Notes: generated by a model from the sequence alone, not told the origin. Counted from the first letter of the stretch, positions 46,540 to 57,848 are shown. The stretch: DNA of 64,000 nt from Escherichia coli (GCF_003018255.1 NZ_CP027440.1), one strand, 5' to 3'. Made by a program: numbers and translations.

Positions 46540-48328
46540 GGGTATCTCCTTGGACGTCTGTGAAAGTTTTTTCGGGAATAAAGGTGACCACCACTTCGGT
46601 GCCACCTGATTCACGACGGCGGACGCGGCAATCGCCCCGTAAACTTTGCGCACGGTCGCGCATTATTATCATGCCGTAGTGATTGCTGCGGATGGCATTT
46701 TCAGGCACGCCGCAGCCGTTATCCTGGACGGTCAGTTTGACCTGATTATCGTTTTGCGCCACTGTCACCACGACCTCACTCGCTTGCGAATGTTTGAGGG
46801 CGTTACTTAATGCCTCACGGGCAATTTGCAACAGATGGATTGCCTGATGCGAAGGCACCAGACGAGGCGGCAATTGATAATCCAGCTTCACCGGGAAGCC
46901 AAACCTGGCGCTGTACTCTTCGCAACTCGCCTCCAGCGCCGGACGTAATCCAGGCTCGGTGAGCTGCAAGCGGAATGTGGTGAGCAATTCACGCAACTGC
47001 GCCCAGGATGCATTCAGTTCGTTACGGATCTGACTTAACAGTTCGCGGCTGCTTTCTGGCAGCGCATCGCCCTGCATCTGTAAACAACTCACCTGCATCT
47101 TCATGCAAGAGAGAGATTGGGCAATAGAATCATGCAGTTCGCGCGCAATGGTGGCACGCTCTTCCATCACGATCAACTGTTGCTGACGTTCCTGATGGCG
47201 ATCCAGCGCAAGCGTGGCGGTGAGTTGTTCAACCAGGGTATCCACCAGTTGTTGTTGATCATGACTAAGATGACGCCCCTGCGGCAGGGTTGCCAGCAAA
47301 ATACCGTACTGCGTATGAGAGTCAGCCAGCCGCCACTTCAGGGTTGTGCCGCGATCGCCAACGGGGAGTACACCGCGCGGGCAGAGCTGACAGCCTTTAT
47401 CATCGCAGGTCATATCTGGCTGGCAGGTAAACTCCTGATGATTCTCTTCATCATCAGTGTCATACACCCGCAGTTCGATATCACGTAGCAGGGTTAAATT
47501 CTGTAAGCCGTTGAGTACAGGTGACAAGCGTTCACACAGCGGGGCGCGGGAATGCAAACGGCGGTTAGCCTGCCATAAAAAAGAGAGGATCTGATTTTTA
47601 TGCTCCAGCCCGGCGGTTTTCTCCTGAACCCGCTGCTCAAGTACGGCATAACTTTCGGCCAGTTCTGCAGACATATTGTTCAACGCAGTTCCAAGCATCG
47701 CCATTTCGTTGCGCCCGCTGATGTTCGCGCGTTGGGTAAAATCGCGATGACTGACGGCACTCGCCATTGCCAGCAATTGCCGCCACGGTTGTAGCAGTCG
47801 CGCCCGCAACCAGATAATAGTGAACACCAGTAAAAGTGCCATAAATACCGCCATTACCCGATGGACCAGTACCACTGTCTCAATGCGCATTTCCGTGGTG
47901 CGGTCAAAACCAGATACCAGCTGATCAAGCCCGGCAACAAACTGGCTGACATCCGCTGACACCGTTTCGCGGTTTTGAGCACGCATCAGCGTAGGGATCA
48001 GTTCATTACGCCAGTAATCTTGTAAACCCTGTAATTGCGCCAGTTGTCCGTCTCGTTCTGCTGCTCGGGTTAACTCGGCGCTAAATGCCGTTTGTTCCAT
48101 TTCTTTAATTAAGGGCTTGTCTTTCTCGCTTAATGGCACTGCTGCCAACAGACGGTAACTTTGCATGCGCAGCGATCCCGCTTTGTTGATCGCATGGGCG
48201 CTGCCCTGAACGCCTTGCACTAGCCAGCCAGAAACTGCCATCCCTGCCAGTCCAATAGCAGTAGAAAGCAACACAATAAGCGCAACCTGATTAACCAGGG
48301 TGAGCGGAGAGAGACAACGTTTAAGCAT
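46532..48328 (-). CDS. narX: NarX, nitrate/nitrite sensor histidine kinase
   Basis: A 598-aa ORF with two TM segments flanking the periplasmic P-box, a HAMP domain and the H-box ELHDSIAQ. Confidence 0.97.
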
Positions 48329-48424
48329 GTAAACCTCTTCCTTCAGGCTTTAAATGAGCAATAACCTTAATGAATGTGACGATACATTCTGGAATGGCAG
48401 TATTCTCGGCTATTGGCTGAAGTA

Positions 48425-48451
48425 TACCCATACCCGGAAAGAGTTACTCCT
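48425..48451. promoter_or_regulatory. NarL heptamers upstream of narK
   Basis: TACCCAT (48425-48431) and TACTCCT (48445-48451) match the NarL heptamer consensus TACYYMT. Confidence 0.6.
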
Positions 48452-48593
48452 TATTTGCCGTGTGGTTAGTCGCTTTACATCGGTAAGGGTAGGGATTTTA
48501 CAGCACCGTGAAAAATCTCATAATTTTTATGAAATCACTGTACTCACTATGGATAATGATAAATATCAATGATAGATAAAGTTATCTTATCGT

Positions 48594-48607
48594 TTGATTT
48601 ACATCAA
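48594..48607. promoter_or_regulatory. FNR box of the narK promoter
   Basis: TTGATttacATCAA is a perfect match to TTGAT-N4-ATCAA and lies about 60 nt upstream of the narK ATG. Confidence 0.85.
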
Positions 48608-48666
48608 ATTGCCTTTAGCTACAGACACTAAGGTGGCAGACATCGAAACGAGTATCAGAGGTGTCT

Positions 48667-50058
48667 ATGAGTCACTCATCCGCCCCCGAAAGGGCTACTG
48701 GAGCTGTCATTACAGATTGGCGACCGGAAGATCCTGCGTTCTGGCAACAACGCGGTCAACGTATTGCCAGCCGCAACCTGTGGATTTCCGTTCCCTGTCT
48801 GTTGCTGGCGTTTTGCGTATGGATGTTGTTCAGCGCTGTTGCGGTGAACTTACCGAAAGTCGGTTTTAATTTTACGACCGATCAGCTATTTATGTTGACT
48901 GCGCTGCCTTCGGTTTCTGGCGCGTTATTACGTGTTCCATACTCCTTTATGGTTCCTATCTTTGGTGGTCGTCGCTGGACGGCGTTCAGCACCGGTATTC
49001 TGATTATTCCTTGCGTCTGGCTGGGTTTTGCCGTGCAGGATACCTCCACGCCTTATAGCGTCTTCATCATCATTTCTCTGCTGTGCGGCTTTGCTGGCGC
49101 GAACTTCGCATCCAGTATGGCAAACATCAGCTTCTTCTTTCCGAAACAGAAGCAGGGTGGCGCGCTGGGTCTGAATGGTGGTCTGGGCAACATGGGCGTC
49201 AGCGTCATGCAGTTGGTTGCTCCGCTGGTGGTATCACTGTCGATTTTCGCAGTATTTGGTAGCCAGGGCGTCAAACAGCCGGATGGGACTGAGCTGTATC
49301 TGGCGAATGCGTCCTGGATATGGGTGCCGTTCCTTGCCATCTTCACCATTGCGGCGTGGTTTGGCATGAACGATCTTGCTACCTCGAAAGCCTCCATCAA
49401 GGAGCAGTTGCCGGTACTCAAACGGGGTCATCTGTGGATTATGAGCCTGCTGTATCTGGCAACCTTCGGCTCCTTCATCGGCTTCTCCGCGGGCTTTGCG
49501 ATGCTGTCAAAAACGCAGTTCCCGGATGTTCAGATTCTGCAATACGCTTTCTTCGGGCCGTTTATTGGTGCGCTGGCGCGTTCTGCAGGTGGTGCATTAT
49601 CTGACCGTCTGGGCGGAACTCGTGTCACTCTGGTGAACTTTATCCTGATGGCGATTTTCAGCGGCCTGCTGTTCCTGACCTTACCGACTGACGGACAGGG
49701 CGGAAGCTTCATGGCGTTCTTCGCAGTCTTCCTGGCGCTGTTCCTGACCGCTGGGCTGGGTAGTGGTTCCACTTTCCAGATGATTTCCGTGATCTTCCGT
49801 AAACTGACAATGGATCGTGTGAAAGCAGAAGGGGGTTCTGACGAACGTGCGATGCGTGAAGCGGCAACCGACACGGCGGCGGCGCTGGGTTTCATCTCTG
49901 CGATTGGCGCGATTGGTGGCTTCTTTATCCCGAAAGCGTTTGGTAGCTCGCTGGCATTAACGGGTTCGCCAGTCGGCGCAATGAAAGTATTTTTGATTTT
50001 CTATATCGCCTGCGTGGTGATTACCTGGGCGGTATATGGTCGGCATTCTAAAAAATAA
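48667..50058 (+). CDS. narK: NarK, nitrate/nitrite MFS antiporter
   Basis: The start is at ATG 48667 (MSHSSAPERATG), giving 463 aa with 12 TM segments. Confidence 0.96.
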   Translation: MSHSSAPERATGAVITDWRPEDPAFWQQRGQRIASRNLWISVPCLLLAFCVWMLFSAVAVNLPKVGFNFTTDQLFMLTALPSVSGALLRVPYSFMVPIFGGRRWTAFSTGILIIPCVWLGFAVQDTSTPYSVFIIISLLCGFAGANFASSMANISFFFPKQKQGGALGLNGGLGNMGVSVMQLVAPLVVSLSIFAVFGSQGVKQPDGTELYLANASWIWVPFLAIFTIAAWFGMNDLATSKASIKEQLPVLKRGHLWIMSLLYLATFGSFIGFSAGFAMLSKTQFPDVQILQYAFFGPFIGALARSAGGALSDRLGGTRVTLVNFILMAIFSGLLFLTLPTDGQGGSFMAFFAVFLALFLTAGLGSGSTFQMISVIFRKLTMDRVKAEGGSDERAMREAATDTAAALGFISAIGAIGGFFIPKAFGSSLALTGSPVGAMKVFLIFYIACVVITWAVYGRHSKK

Positions 50059-50081
50059 ATCGTAATATTTGATTATCCTTT

Positions 50082-50107
50082 GCGCGGCATGATGTCGCGC
50101 TTTTTTT
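50082..50107 (+). terminator. Terminator after narK
   Basis: A short GC stem gcgcg...cgcgc, followed by ttttttt. Confidence 0.7.
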
Positions 50108-50182
50108 ATGCGTCATTTAGTTACAACATACTAATGTTGTATGGCTTATTTCGCTGGATTTCATTAAGAGTCATTAATATGT

Positions 50183-50212
50183 TACCCATGGGGAATACTC
50201 CTTAATACCCAT
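50183..50212. promoter_or_regulatory. NarL heptamer cluster of the narG upstream region
   Basis: TACCCAT (50183-50189), TACTCCT (50196-50202) and TACCCAT (50206-50212) lie about 200 nt upstream of the expected narG start site. Confidence 0.8.
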
Positions 50213-50345
50213 CTGCATAAAAATCTTAATAGTTTAAATAACTACAGGTATAAAACGTCTTAATTTACAGCGTGTTATGCCGTAACCGCTAATTATCCTA
50301 AAGGGGTATCTTAGGAATTTACTTTATTTTTCATCCCCATCACTC

Positions 50346-50359
50346 TTGATCGTTATCAA
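50346..50359. promoter_or_regulatory. FNR box of the narG promoter
   Basis: TTGATcgttATCAA is a perfect FNR consensus and lies about 98 nt upstream of the narG ATG. Confidence 0.85.
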
Positions 50360-50450
50360 TTCTCACGCTGTTTCAGAGCGTTACCTTGCCCTTAAACATT
50401 AGCAATGTCGATTTATCAGAGGGCCGACAGGCTCCCACAGGAGAAAACCG

Positions 50451-53400
50451 ATGAGTAAATTCCTGGACCGGTTTCGCTACTTCAAACAGAAGGGTGAAAC
50501 CTTTGCCGATGGGCATGGCCAGCTTCTCAATACCAACCGTGACTGGGAGGATGGATATCGCCAGCGTTGGCAGCATGACAAAATCGTCCGCTCTACCCAC
50601 GGGGTAAACTGCACCGGCTCCTGCAGCTGGAAAATCTACGTCAAAAACGGTCTGGTGACCTGGGAAACCCAGCAGACTGACTATCCGCGTACTCGCCCGG
50701 ACCTGCCAAACCATGAACCTCGCGGCTGCCCGCGCGGTGCCAGCTACTCCTGGTATCTTTACAGCGCCAACCGCCTGAAATACCCAATGATGCGCAAACG
50801 CCTGATGAAAATGTGGCGTGAAGCGAAGGCGCTGCATAGCGATCCGGTTGAGGCATGGGCTTCTATCATTGAAGACGCCGATAAAGCGAAAAGCTTTAAG
50901 CAGGCGCGTGGACGCGGTGGTTTTGTTCGTTCTTCCTGGCAGGAAGTGAATGAACTGATCGCCGCCTCTAACGTTTACACCATCAAAAACTACGGCCCGG
51001 ACCGCGTCGCTGGCTTCTCGCCAATTCCGGCAATGTCGATGGTTTCTTACGCATCGGGTGCACGCTATCTTTCGCTGATTGGCGGTACTTGCTTAAGCTT
51101 CTACGACTGGTACTGCGACCTGCCTCCTGCGTCTCCGCAAACCTGGGGCGAGCAAACTGACGTACCGGAATCTGCTGACTGGTACAACTCCAGCTACATC
51201 ATCGCCTGGGGTTCAAACGTGCCGCAGACGCGTACCCCGGATGCTCACTTCTTTACTGAAGTGCGTTACAAAGGCACCAAAACTGTTGCCGTCACACCAG
51301 ACTACGCTGAAATCGCCAAACTGTGCGATCTGTGGCTGGCACCGAAACAGGGCACCGATGCGGCAATGGCGCTGGCGATGGGCCACGTAATGCTGCGTGA
51401 ATTCCACCTCGACAACCCAAGCCAGTATTTCACCGACTATGTGCGCCGCTACACCGACATGCCGATGCTGGTGATGCTGGAAGAGCGCGACGGTTACTAC
51501 GCTGCGGGTCGTATGCTGCGCGCTGCTGATCTGGTGGATGCGCTGGGCCAGGAAAACAATCCGGAATGGAAAACTGTCGCCTTTAATACCAATGGCGAAA
51601 TGGTTGCGCCGAACGGTTCTATTGGCTTCCGCTGGGGCGAGAAGGGCAAATGGAATCTTGAGCAGCGCGACGGCAAAACTGGCGAAGAAACCGAGCTGCA
51701 ACTGAGCCTGCTGGGTAGCCAGGATGAGATCGCTGAGGTGGGCTTCCCGTACTTTGGTGGCGATGGCACGGAACACTTCAACAAAGTGGAACTGGAAAAC
51801 GTGCTGCTGCATAAGCTGCCGGTGAAACGCCTGCAACTGGCTGATGGCAGCACCGCCCTGGTGACCACCGTTTATGATCTGACGCTGGCAAACTACGGTC
51901 TGGAACGTGGCCTGAACGACGTTAACTGTGCAACCAGCTATGACGATGTGAAAGCTTACACCCCTGCCTGGGCAGAGCAGATTACCGGCGTTTCTCGCAG
52001 CCAGATTATTCGCATCGCCCGTGAATTTGCCGATAACGCTGATAAAACGCACGGTCGTTCGATGATTATCGTCGGCGCTGGGCTGAACCACTGGTATCAC
52101 CTGGACATGAACTATCGTGGTCTGATCAACATGCTGATTTTCTGCGGTTGTGTCGGTCAGAGCGGGGGCGGCTGGGCGCACTATGTAGGTCAGGAAAAAC
52201 TGCGTCCGCAAACCGGCTGGCAGCCGCTGGCGTTTGCCCTCGACTGGCAGCGTCCGGCGCGTCACATGAACAGTACCTCTTATTTCTATAACCACTCCAG
52301 CCAGTGGCGTTATGAAACCGTGACTGCGGAAGAACTGCTGTCGCCGATGGCGGATAAATCTCGCTATACCGGACACTTGATCGACTTTAACGTCCGTGCA
52401 GAACGCATGGGCTGGCTGCCGTCTGCGCCGCAGTTAGGCACTAACCCGCTGACTATCGCTCGCGAAGCAGAAAAAGCCGGGATGAATCCGGTGGACTATA
52501 CGGTGAAATCCCTGAAAGAGGGTTCTATCCGTTTCGCTGCGGAACAGCCGGAAAACGGTAAAAACCACCCGCGTAATCTGTTCATCTGGCGTTCTAACCT
52601 GCTCGGTTCTTCCGGTAAAGGTCATGAGTTTATGCTCAAGTACCTGCTGGGGACGGAGCACGGTATCCAGGGCAAAGACCTGGGGCAGCAGGGCGGCGTG
52701 AAGCCGGAAGAAGTGGACTGGCAGGACAACGGTCTGGAAGGCAAGCTGGATCTGGTGGTGACGCTGGACTTCCGTCTGTCGAGCACCTGTCTCTATTCCG
52801 ACATCATTTTGCCGACGGCGACCTGGTACGAAAAAGACGATATGAATACTTCGGATATGCATCCGTTTATTCACCCGCTGTCTGCGGCGGTCGATCCGGC
52901 CTGGGAAGCGAAAAGCGACTGGGAAATCTACAAAGCCATCGCGAAGAAATTCTCCGAAGTGTGCGTTGGTCATCTGGGTAAAGAAACTGACATCGTCACG
53001 CTGCCTATCCAGCACGACTCTGCCGCTGAACTGGCGCAACCGCTGGATGTGAAAGACTGGAAAAAAGGCGAATGCGACCTGATCCCAGGTAAAACTGCAC
53101 CGCACATTATGGTCGTAGAGCGCGATTATCCAGCAACTTACGAACGCTTTACCTCTATCGGCCCGCTGATGGAGAAAATCGGTAACGGCGGTAAAGGGAT
53201 TGCCTGGAACACCCAGAGCGAGATGGATCTGCTGCGTAAGCTCAACTACACCAAAGCGGAAGGTCCGGCAAAAGGCCAGCCGATGCTCAATACCGCAATT
53301 GATGCGGCAGAGATGATCCTGACGCTGGCACCGGAAACCAATGGTCAGGTAGCTGTAAAAGCCTGGGCTGCCCTGAGCGAGTTTACCGGCCGTGACCATA

Positions 53401-54194
53401 CGCATCTGGCGCTGAATAAAGAAGACGAGAAGATTCGCTTCCGCGATATTCAGGCACAGCCGCGCAAAATCATCTCCAGCCCGACATGGTCTGGCCTTGA
53501 AGATGAACACGTTTCTTACAACGCCGGTTACACCAACGTTCACGAGCTGATCCCGTGGCGTACGCTCTCTGGCCGTCAGCAGCTGTATCAGGATCACCAA
53601 TGGATGCGTGATTTCGGTGAAAGCCTGCTGGTTTATCGTCCGCCGATCGACACCCGTTCGGTGAAAGAAGTGATGGGCCAGAAATCCAATGGCAACCCGG
53701 AAAAAGCGCTCAACTTCCTGACGCCACACCAGAAGTGGGGTATCCACTCCACCTACAGCGACAACCTGCTGATGCTGACTTTAGGTCGCGGTGGTCCGGT
53801 GGTCTGGCTGAGTGAAGCCGATGCCAAAGAGCTGGGTATCGCCGATAACGACTGGATTGAAGTCTTCAACAGCAACGGTGCACTGACTGCCCGTGCGGTT
53901 GTCAGCCAGCGTGTTCCGGCAGGGATGACCATGATGTACCACGCGCAGGAACGTATCGTTAACCTGCCTGGTTCGGAAATTACCCAACAGCGTGGTGGTA
54001 TCCATAACTCGGTCACCCGTATCACGCCGAAACCGACGCATATGATCGGCGGCTATGCCCATCTGGCATATGGCTTTAACTACTACGGCACCGTAGGTTC
54101 TAACCGCGATGAGTTTGTTGTAGTGCGTAAGATGAAGAACATTGACTGGTTAGATGGCGAAGGCAATGACCAGGTACAGGAGAGCGTAAAATGA
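50451..54194 (+). CDS. narG: NarG, respiratory nitrate reductase A alpha subunit (Mo-bisMGD)
   Basis: A 1247-aa ORF with the N-terminal FS0 cluster motif HGVNCTGSCSWKIY. Confidence 0.98.
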   Translation: MSKFLDRFRYFKQKGETFADGHGQLLNTNRDWEDGYRQRWQHDKIVRSTHGVNCTGSCSWKIYVKNGLVTWETQQTDYPRTRPDLPNHEPRGCPRGASYSWYLYSANRLKYPMMRKRLMKMWREAKALHSDPVEAWASIIEDADKAKSFKQARGRGGFVRSSWQEVNELIAASNVYTIKNYGPDRVAGFSPIPAMSMVSYASGARYLSLIGGTCLSFYDWYCDLPPASPQTWGEQTDVPESADWYNSSYIIAWGSNVPQTRTPDAHFFTEVRYKGTKTVAVTPDYAEIAKLCDLWLAPKQGTDAAMALAMGHVMLREFHLDNPSQYFTDYVRRYTDMPMLVMLEERDGYYAAGRMLRAADLVDALGQENNPEWKTVAFNTNGEMVAPNGSIGFRWGEKGKWNLEQRDGKTGEETELQLSLLGSQDEIAEVGFPYFGGDGTEHFNKVELENVLLHKLPVKRLQLADGSTALVTTVYDLTLANYGLERGLNDVNCATSYDDVKAYTPAWAEQITGVSRSQIIRIAREFADNADKTHGRSMIIVGAGLNHWYHLDMNYRGLINMLIFCGCVGQSGGGWAHYVGQEKLRPQTGWQPLAFALDWQRPARHMNSTSYFYNHSSQWRYETVTAEELLSPMADKSRYTGHLIDFNVRAERMGWLPSAPQLGTNPLTIAREAEKAGMNPVDYTVKSLKEGSIRFAAEQPENGKNHPRNLFIWRSNLLGSSGKGHEFMLKYLLGTEHGIQGKDLGQQGGVKPEEVDWQDNGLEGKLDLVVTLDFRLSSTCLYSDIILPTATWYEKDDMNTSDMHPFIHPLSAAVDPAWEAKSDWEIYKAIAKKFSEVCVGHLGKETDIVTLPIQHDSAAELAQPLDVKDWKKGECDLIPGKTAPHIMVVERDYPATYERFTSIGPLMEKIGNGGKGIAWNTQSEMDLLRKLNYTKAEGPAKGQPMLNTAIDAAEMILTLAPETNGQVAVKAWAALSEFTGRDHTHLALNKEDEKIRFRDIQAQPRKIISSPTWSGLEDEHVSYNAGYTNVHELIPWRTLSGRQQLYQDHQWMRDFGESLLVYRPPIDTRSVKEVMGQKSNGNPEKALNFLTPHQKWGIHSTYSDNLLMLTLGRGGPVVWLSEADAKELGIADNDWIEVFNSNGALTARAVVSQRVPAGMTMMYHAQERIVNLPGSEITQQRGGIHNSVTRITPKPTHMIGGYAHLAYGFNYYGTVGSNRDEFVVVRKMKNIDWLDGEGNDQVQESVK

Positions 54195-55729
54195 AAATTC
54201 GTTCACAAGTCGGCATGGTGCTGAATCTCGATAAGTGCATCGGCTGCCACACCTGTTCAGTGACCTGTAAAAACGTCTGGACCAGCCGTGAAGGCGTGGA
54301 ATACGCGTGGTTCAACAACGTGGAAACCAAGCCGGGCCAGGGCTTCCCGACTGACTGGGAAAACCAGGAAAAATACAAAGGCGGCTGGATCCGTAAAATC
54401 AACGGCAAACTGCAGCCGCGCATGGGTAACCGTGCCATGCTGCTGGGTAAAATCTTCGCTAACCCGCATCTGCCGGGGATCGACGATTATTACGAGCCGT
54501 TCGATTTTGATTATCAGAACCTGCATACCGCGCCGGAAGGCAGCAAATCACAGCCGATTGCCCGTCCGCGTTCACTGATTACCGGCGAACGGATGGCGAA
54601 AATCGAAAAAGGGCCGAACTGGGAAGATGACCTGGGCGGTGAGTTTGACAAGCTGGCGAAAGACAAGAACTTCGACAACATCCAGAAGGCGATGTATAGC
54701 CAGTTCGAAAACACCTTCATGATGTATTTGCCGCGCCTGTGCGAACACTGTCTGAACCCGGCATGTGTGGCGACCTGCCCGAGCGGTGCGATTTACAAGC
54801 GTGAAGAAGATGGCATCGTCCTGATCGACCAGGATAAATGCCGTGGCTGGCGTATGTGCATCACCGGATGCCCGTACAAAAAAATCTACTTCAACTGGAA
54901 GAGCGGTAAGTCTGAGAAGTGCATCTTCTGCTATCCGCGTATTGAAGCCGGCCAGCCGACAATATGTTCAGAAACCTGTGTCGGTCGTATCCGTTATCTT
55001 GGCGTGCTGCTGTACGATGCCGACGCGATTGAACGTGCGGCAAGTACCGAGAACGAGAAAGATCTCTACCAGCGTCAGCTGGATGTGTTCCTCGATCCGA
55101 ACGATCCGAAAGTCATCGAGCAGGCGATTAAAGACGGTATTCCGCTGAGCGTTATTGAGGCTGCACAGCAGTCGCCAGTTTATAAAATGGCGATGGAATG
55201 GAAACTGGCGCTGCCGCTGCATCCGGAATATCGCACACTGCCGATGGTCTGGTACGTGCCGCCTCTGTCGCCGATTCAGTCTGCGGCAGACGCGGGTGAA
55301 CTGGGCAGCAACGGCATTCTGCCAGACGTCGAAAGCCTGCGTATTCCGGTACAGTATCTGGCGAATCTGCTGACCGCCGGTGATACCAAACCGGTACTGC
55401 GCGCGCTGAAACGTATGCTGGCGATGCGTCATTACAAACGTGCTGAAACCGTTGACGGTAAAGTCGATACCCGTGCGCTGGAAGAGGTCGGTCTGACCGA
55501 AGCCCAGGCACAGGAGATGTATCGTTATCTGGCTATTGCCAACTACGAAGATCGCTTTGTGGTGCCGAGCAGTCATCGTGAACTGGCGCGGGAAGCCTTC
55601 CCGGAGAAAAATGGCTGCGGCTTTACCTTTGGTGATGGCTGCCACGGTTCAGATACCAAATTCAATCTGTTTAACAGCCGTCGTATCGATGCCATCGACG
55701 TGACCAGTAAAACGGAGCCGCACCCATGA
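54191..55729 (+). CDS. narH: NarH, nitrate reductase A beta subunit (Fe-S)
   Basis: A 512-aa ORF with ferredoxin-type Cys clusters (CIGCHTCSVTC, CEHCLNPAC). It overlaps narG by 4 nt. Confidence 0.98.
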   Translation: MKIRSQVGMVLNLDKCIGCHTCSVTCKNVWTSREGVEYAWFNNVETKPGQGFPTDWENQEKYKGGWIRKINGKLQPRMGNRAMLLGKIFANPHLPGIDDYYEPFDFDYQNLHTAPEGSKSQPIARPRSLITGERMAKIEKGPNWEDDLGGEFDKLAKDKNFDNIQKAMYSQFENTFMMYLPRLCEHCLNPACVATCPSGAIYKREEDGIVLIDQDKCRGWRMCITGCPYKKIYFNWKSGKSEKCIFCYPRIEAGQPTICSETCVGRIRYLGVLLYDADAIERAASTENEKDLYQRQLDVFLDPNDPKVIEQAIKDGIPLSVIEAAQQSPVYKMAMEWKLALPLHPEYRTLPMVWYVPPLSPIQSAADAGELGSNGILPDVESLRIPVQYLANLLTAGDTKPVLRALKRMLAMRHYKRAETVDGKVDTRALEEVGLTEAQAQEMYRYLAIANYEDRFVVPSSHRELAREAFPEKNGCGFTFGDGCHGSDTKFNLFNSRRIDAIDVTSKTEPHP

Positions 55730-56436
55730 TCGAACTCGTGATTGTATCGCGTCTCCTTGAATATCCGGATGCTGCCTTATGGCAGCATCAACAAGAGATG
55801 TTTGAGGCGATTGCCGCGTCGAAAAATCTGCCAAAAGAGGATGCCCATGCGCTGGGCATTTTCCTGCGCGATTTAACGACGATGGATCCGCTCGATGCCC
55901 AGGCGCAGTACAGCGAACTGTTCGACCGTGGCCGCGCCACGTCACTGTTGCTATTTGAACATGTTCACGGTGAATCCCGTGACCGCGGCCAGGCGATGGT
56001 GGATCTGCTGGCGCAGTACGAGCAGCACGGCTTGCAGTTAAACAGCCGCGAATTGCCCGACCATCTGCCGCTGTATCTGGAGTACCTGGCGCAGCTGCCG
56101 CAAAGCGAAGCCGTGGAGGGTTTGAAAGATATTGCGCCGATTCTGGCATTGCTGAGCGCGCGTCTGCAACAGCGTGAAAGCCGTTATGCCGTGCTGTTTG
56201 ATCTGCTGCTGAAACTGGCGAATACCGCCATCGACAGCGACAAAGTGGCGGAAAAAATTGCCGATGAAGCGCGCGACGATACGCCGCAGGCGCTGGATGC
56301 AGTCTGGGAAGAAGAGCAGGTTAAATTCTTTGCTGAAAAAGGCTGCGGTGATTCAGCAATCACTGCTCATCAGCGTCGCTTTGCCGGTGCCGTCGCGCCG
56401 CAATATCTGAATATCACCACCGGAGGACAGCACTAA
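55726..56436 (+). CDS. narJ: NarJ, nitrate reductase assembly chaperone
   Basis: A 236-aa ORF that overlaps narH by 4 nt. Confidence 0.97.
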   Translation: MIELVIVSRLLEYPDAALWQHQQEMFEAIAASKNLPKEDAHALGIFLRDLTTMDPLDAQAQYSELFDRGRATSLLLFEHVHGESRDRGQAMVDLLAQYEQHGLQLNSRELPDHLPLYLEYLAQLPQSEAVEGLKDIAPILALLSARLQQRESRYAVLFDLLLKLANTAIDSDKVAEKIADEARDDTPQALDAVWEEEQVKFFAEKGCGDSAITAHQRRFAGAVAPQYLNITTGGQH

Positions 56437-57113
56437 TGCAATTCCTGAATATGTTCTTCTTTGATATCTACCCGTACATAGCCGGGGCGGTCTTCCTGAT
56501 TGGTAGCTGGCTGCGTTATGACTACGGGCAGTACACCTGGCGCGCGGCGTCCAGCCAGATGCTGGATCGCAAAGGGATGAACCTGGCGTCGAACCTGTTC
56601 CATATCGGTATTCTGGGGATTTTTGTTGGTCACTTCTTCGGTATGCTGACGCCGCACTGGATGTATGAAGCCTGGCTGCCGATTGAAGTGAAACAGAAAA
56701 TGGCGATGTTTGCTGGTGGTGCCAGCGGTGTGCTGTGTCTGATTGGCGGCGTGCTGTTGCTGAAGCGTCGTCTGTTCAGCCCACGCGTGCGTGCAACCAC
56801 TACCGGAGCGGATATCCTGATCCTGTCGCTGCTCGTTATCCAGTGCGCGCTGGGCCTGTTGACCATTCCGTTCTCCGCCCAACATATGGACGGTAGCGAG
56901 ATGATGAAACTGGTTGGCTGGGCGCAGTCGGTAGTGACCTTCCACGGTGGCGCTTCTCAACACCTTGATGGTGTGGCGTTTATCTTCCGTCTGCACCTGG
57001 TGTTGGGGATGACGTTATTCCTGCTGTTCCCGTTCTCGCGTCTGGTGCACATCTGGAGCGTACCGGTGGAGTATCTGACACGTAAGTATCAGCTGGTGCG
57101 CGCTCGTCACTAA
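56436..57113 (+). CDS. narI: NarI, nitrate reductase A gamma subunit (cytochrome b)
   Basis: A 225-aa five-TM ORF whose start overlaps the narJ stop. Confidence 0.97.
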   Translation: MQFLNMFFFDIYPYIAGAVFLIGSWLRYDYGQYTWRAASSQMLDRKGMNLASNLFHIGILGIFVGHFFGMLTPHWMYEAWLPIEVKQKMAMFAGGASGVLCLIGGVLLLKRRLFSPRVRATTTGADILILSLLVIQCALGLLTIPFSAQHMDGSEMMKLVGWAQSVVTFHGGASQHLDGVAFIFRLHLVLGMTLFLLFPFSRLVHIWSVPVEYLTRKYQLVRARH

Positions 57114-57132
57114 GCGAATTTTAGTTTGCATA

Positions 57133-57157
57133 GACCCCGCTTCGGCGGGGTTTTTTT
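57133..57157 (+). terminator. Rho-independent terminator after narI
   Basis: Hairpin ccccgc-ttcg-gcgggg, followed by ttttttt. Confidence 0.9.
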
Positions 57158-57179
57158 ATGGGCACGGTACGGGGTGAGT

Positions 57180-57244
57180 TGTCGGATGCGCTTCGCTTAT
57201 CCGACCTACAGGGGAGGATATTGTAGGTCCGGTAAACGCGGTGC
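57180..57244. repeat. REP/BIME-like extragenic palindromes
   Basis: The sequence gtcggatgcgcttcgcttatccgacctac resembles the REP consensus. It is followed by the inverted partial copy tgtaggtccggtaaacgcgg. Confidence 0.65.
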
Positions 57245-57475
57245 CATTGGGCAGAATTAGCTCGGAGTAACAGGTTTTGAGTATTTACAGGAAGTGATGG
57301 TGGTGGAGGAAGGATTACTCAGCGCTGCGCGCTTCGCCCTTCGGGTCGTTGCCTGCGGCCACGCTCTCTCGCTGGCGCTCGAGTCGAACCCTGGTCGAAG
57401 CTTCTCATCCTTCCCCGCTTGGGCAGAATATTTAATCGCGGATTCGTTTGAGAGTTCACGGACTTTTGAAAGTGA

Positions 57476-57494
<19 letters not shown>
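57245..57494 (-). repeat. rttR: rtT-type 178-bp repeat downstream of the tRNA-Tyr genes: one full unit plus a diverged partial unit
   Basis: The 19-nt tRNA 3' end tggtggtgggggaaggatt (57476-57494) recurs as tggtggtggaggaaggatt at 57298-57316, exactly 178 bp away. The flanks share tcactt, ctcaaa and attctgcccaa. Confidence 0.75.
57319..57408 (-). CDS. tpr: Tpr, 29-aa protamine-like peptide ORF inside the rtT unit
   Basis: My own translation gives [29 protein letters not shown], which matches the remembered Tpr sequence nearly exactly. Whether it is expressed as a protein is uncertain. Confidence 0.5.
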   Translation of the reverse strand: MRSFDQGSTRAPARERGRRQRPEGRSAQR

Positions 57495-57560
<66 letters not shown>

Positions 57561-57594
57561 AGGGGTAATTCAAATTTTGAGGTAATGCTTGAGA

Positions 57595-57679
<85 letters not shown>

Positions 57680-57713
57680 AGGGGTAATTCAAATTTTGAG
57701 GTAATGCTTGAGA

Positions 57714-57798
<85 letters not shown>

Positions 57799-57848
57799 AC
57801 GGGGTAATGCTTTTTACTAGCCTGCTCCCTTATCGGGAAGCGGGGCGC

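Noticed and set aside
51213-53747. Two long minus-strand ORFs (387 aa and 437 aa) inside narG.
   Set aside because: These are antisense shadow ORFs of a GC-rich gene with strong codon bias. Their composition (Arg/His/Val/Phe runs) is typical of non-coding frames.
54968-56996. Minus-strand ORFs of 225 aa, 166 aa and 187 aa inside narH, narJ and narI.
   Set aside because: These are antisense shadow ORFs within a tightly coupled, recognised operon.
57298-57316. A possible fourth tRNA-Tyr gene, signalled by tggtggtggaggaaggatt.
   Set aside because: Only the 3' 19 nt (acceptor and T-arm half) are present, with one mismatch. This is the known start of the 178-bp rtT repeat unit, not a tRNA.
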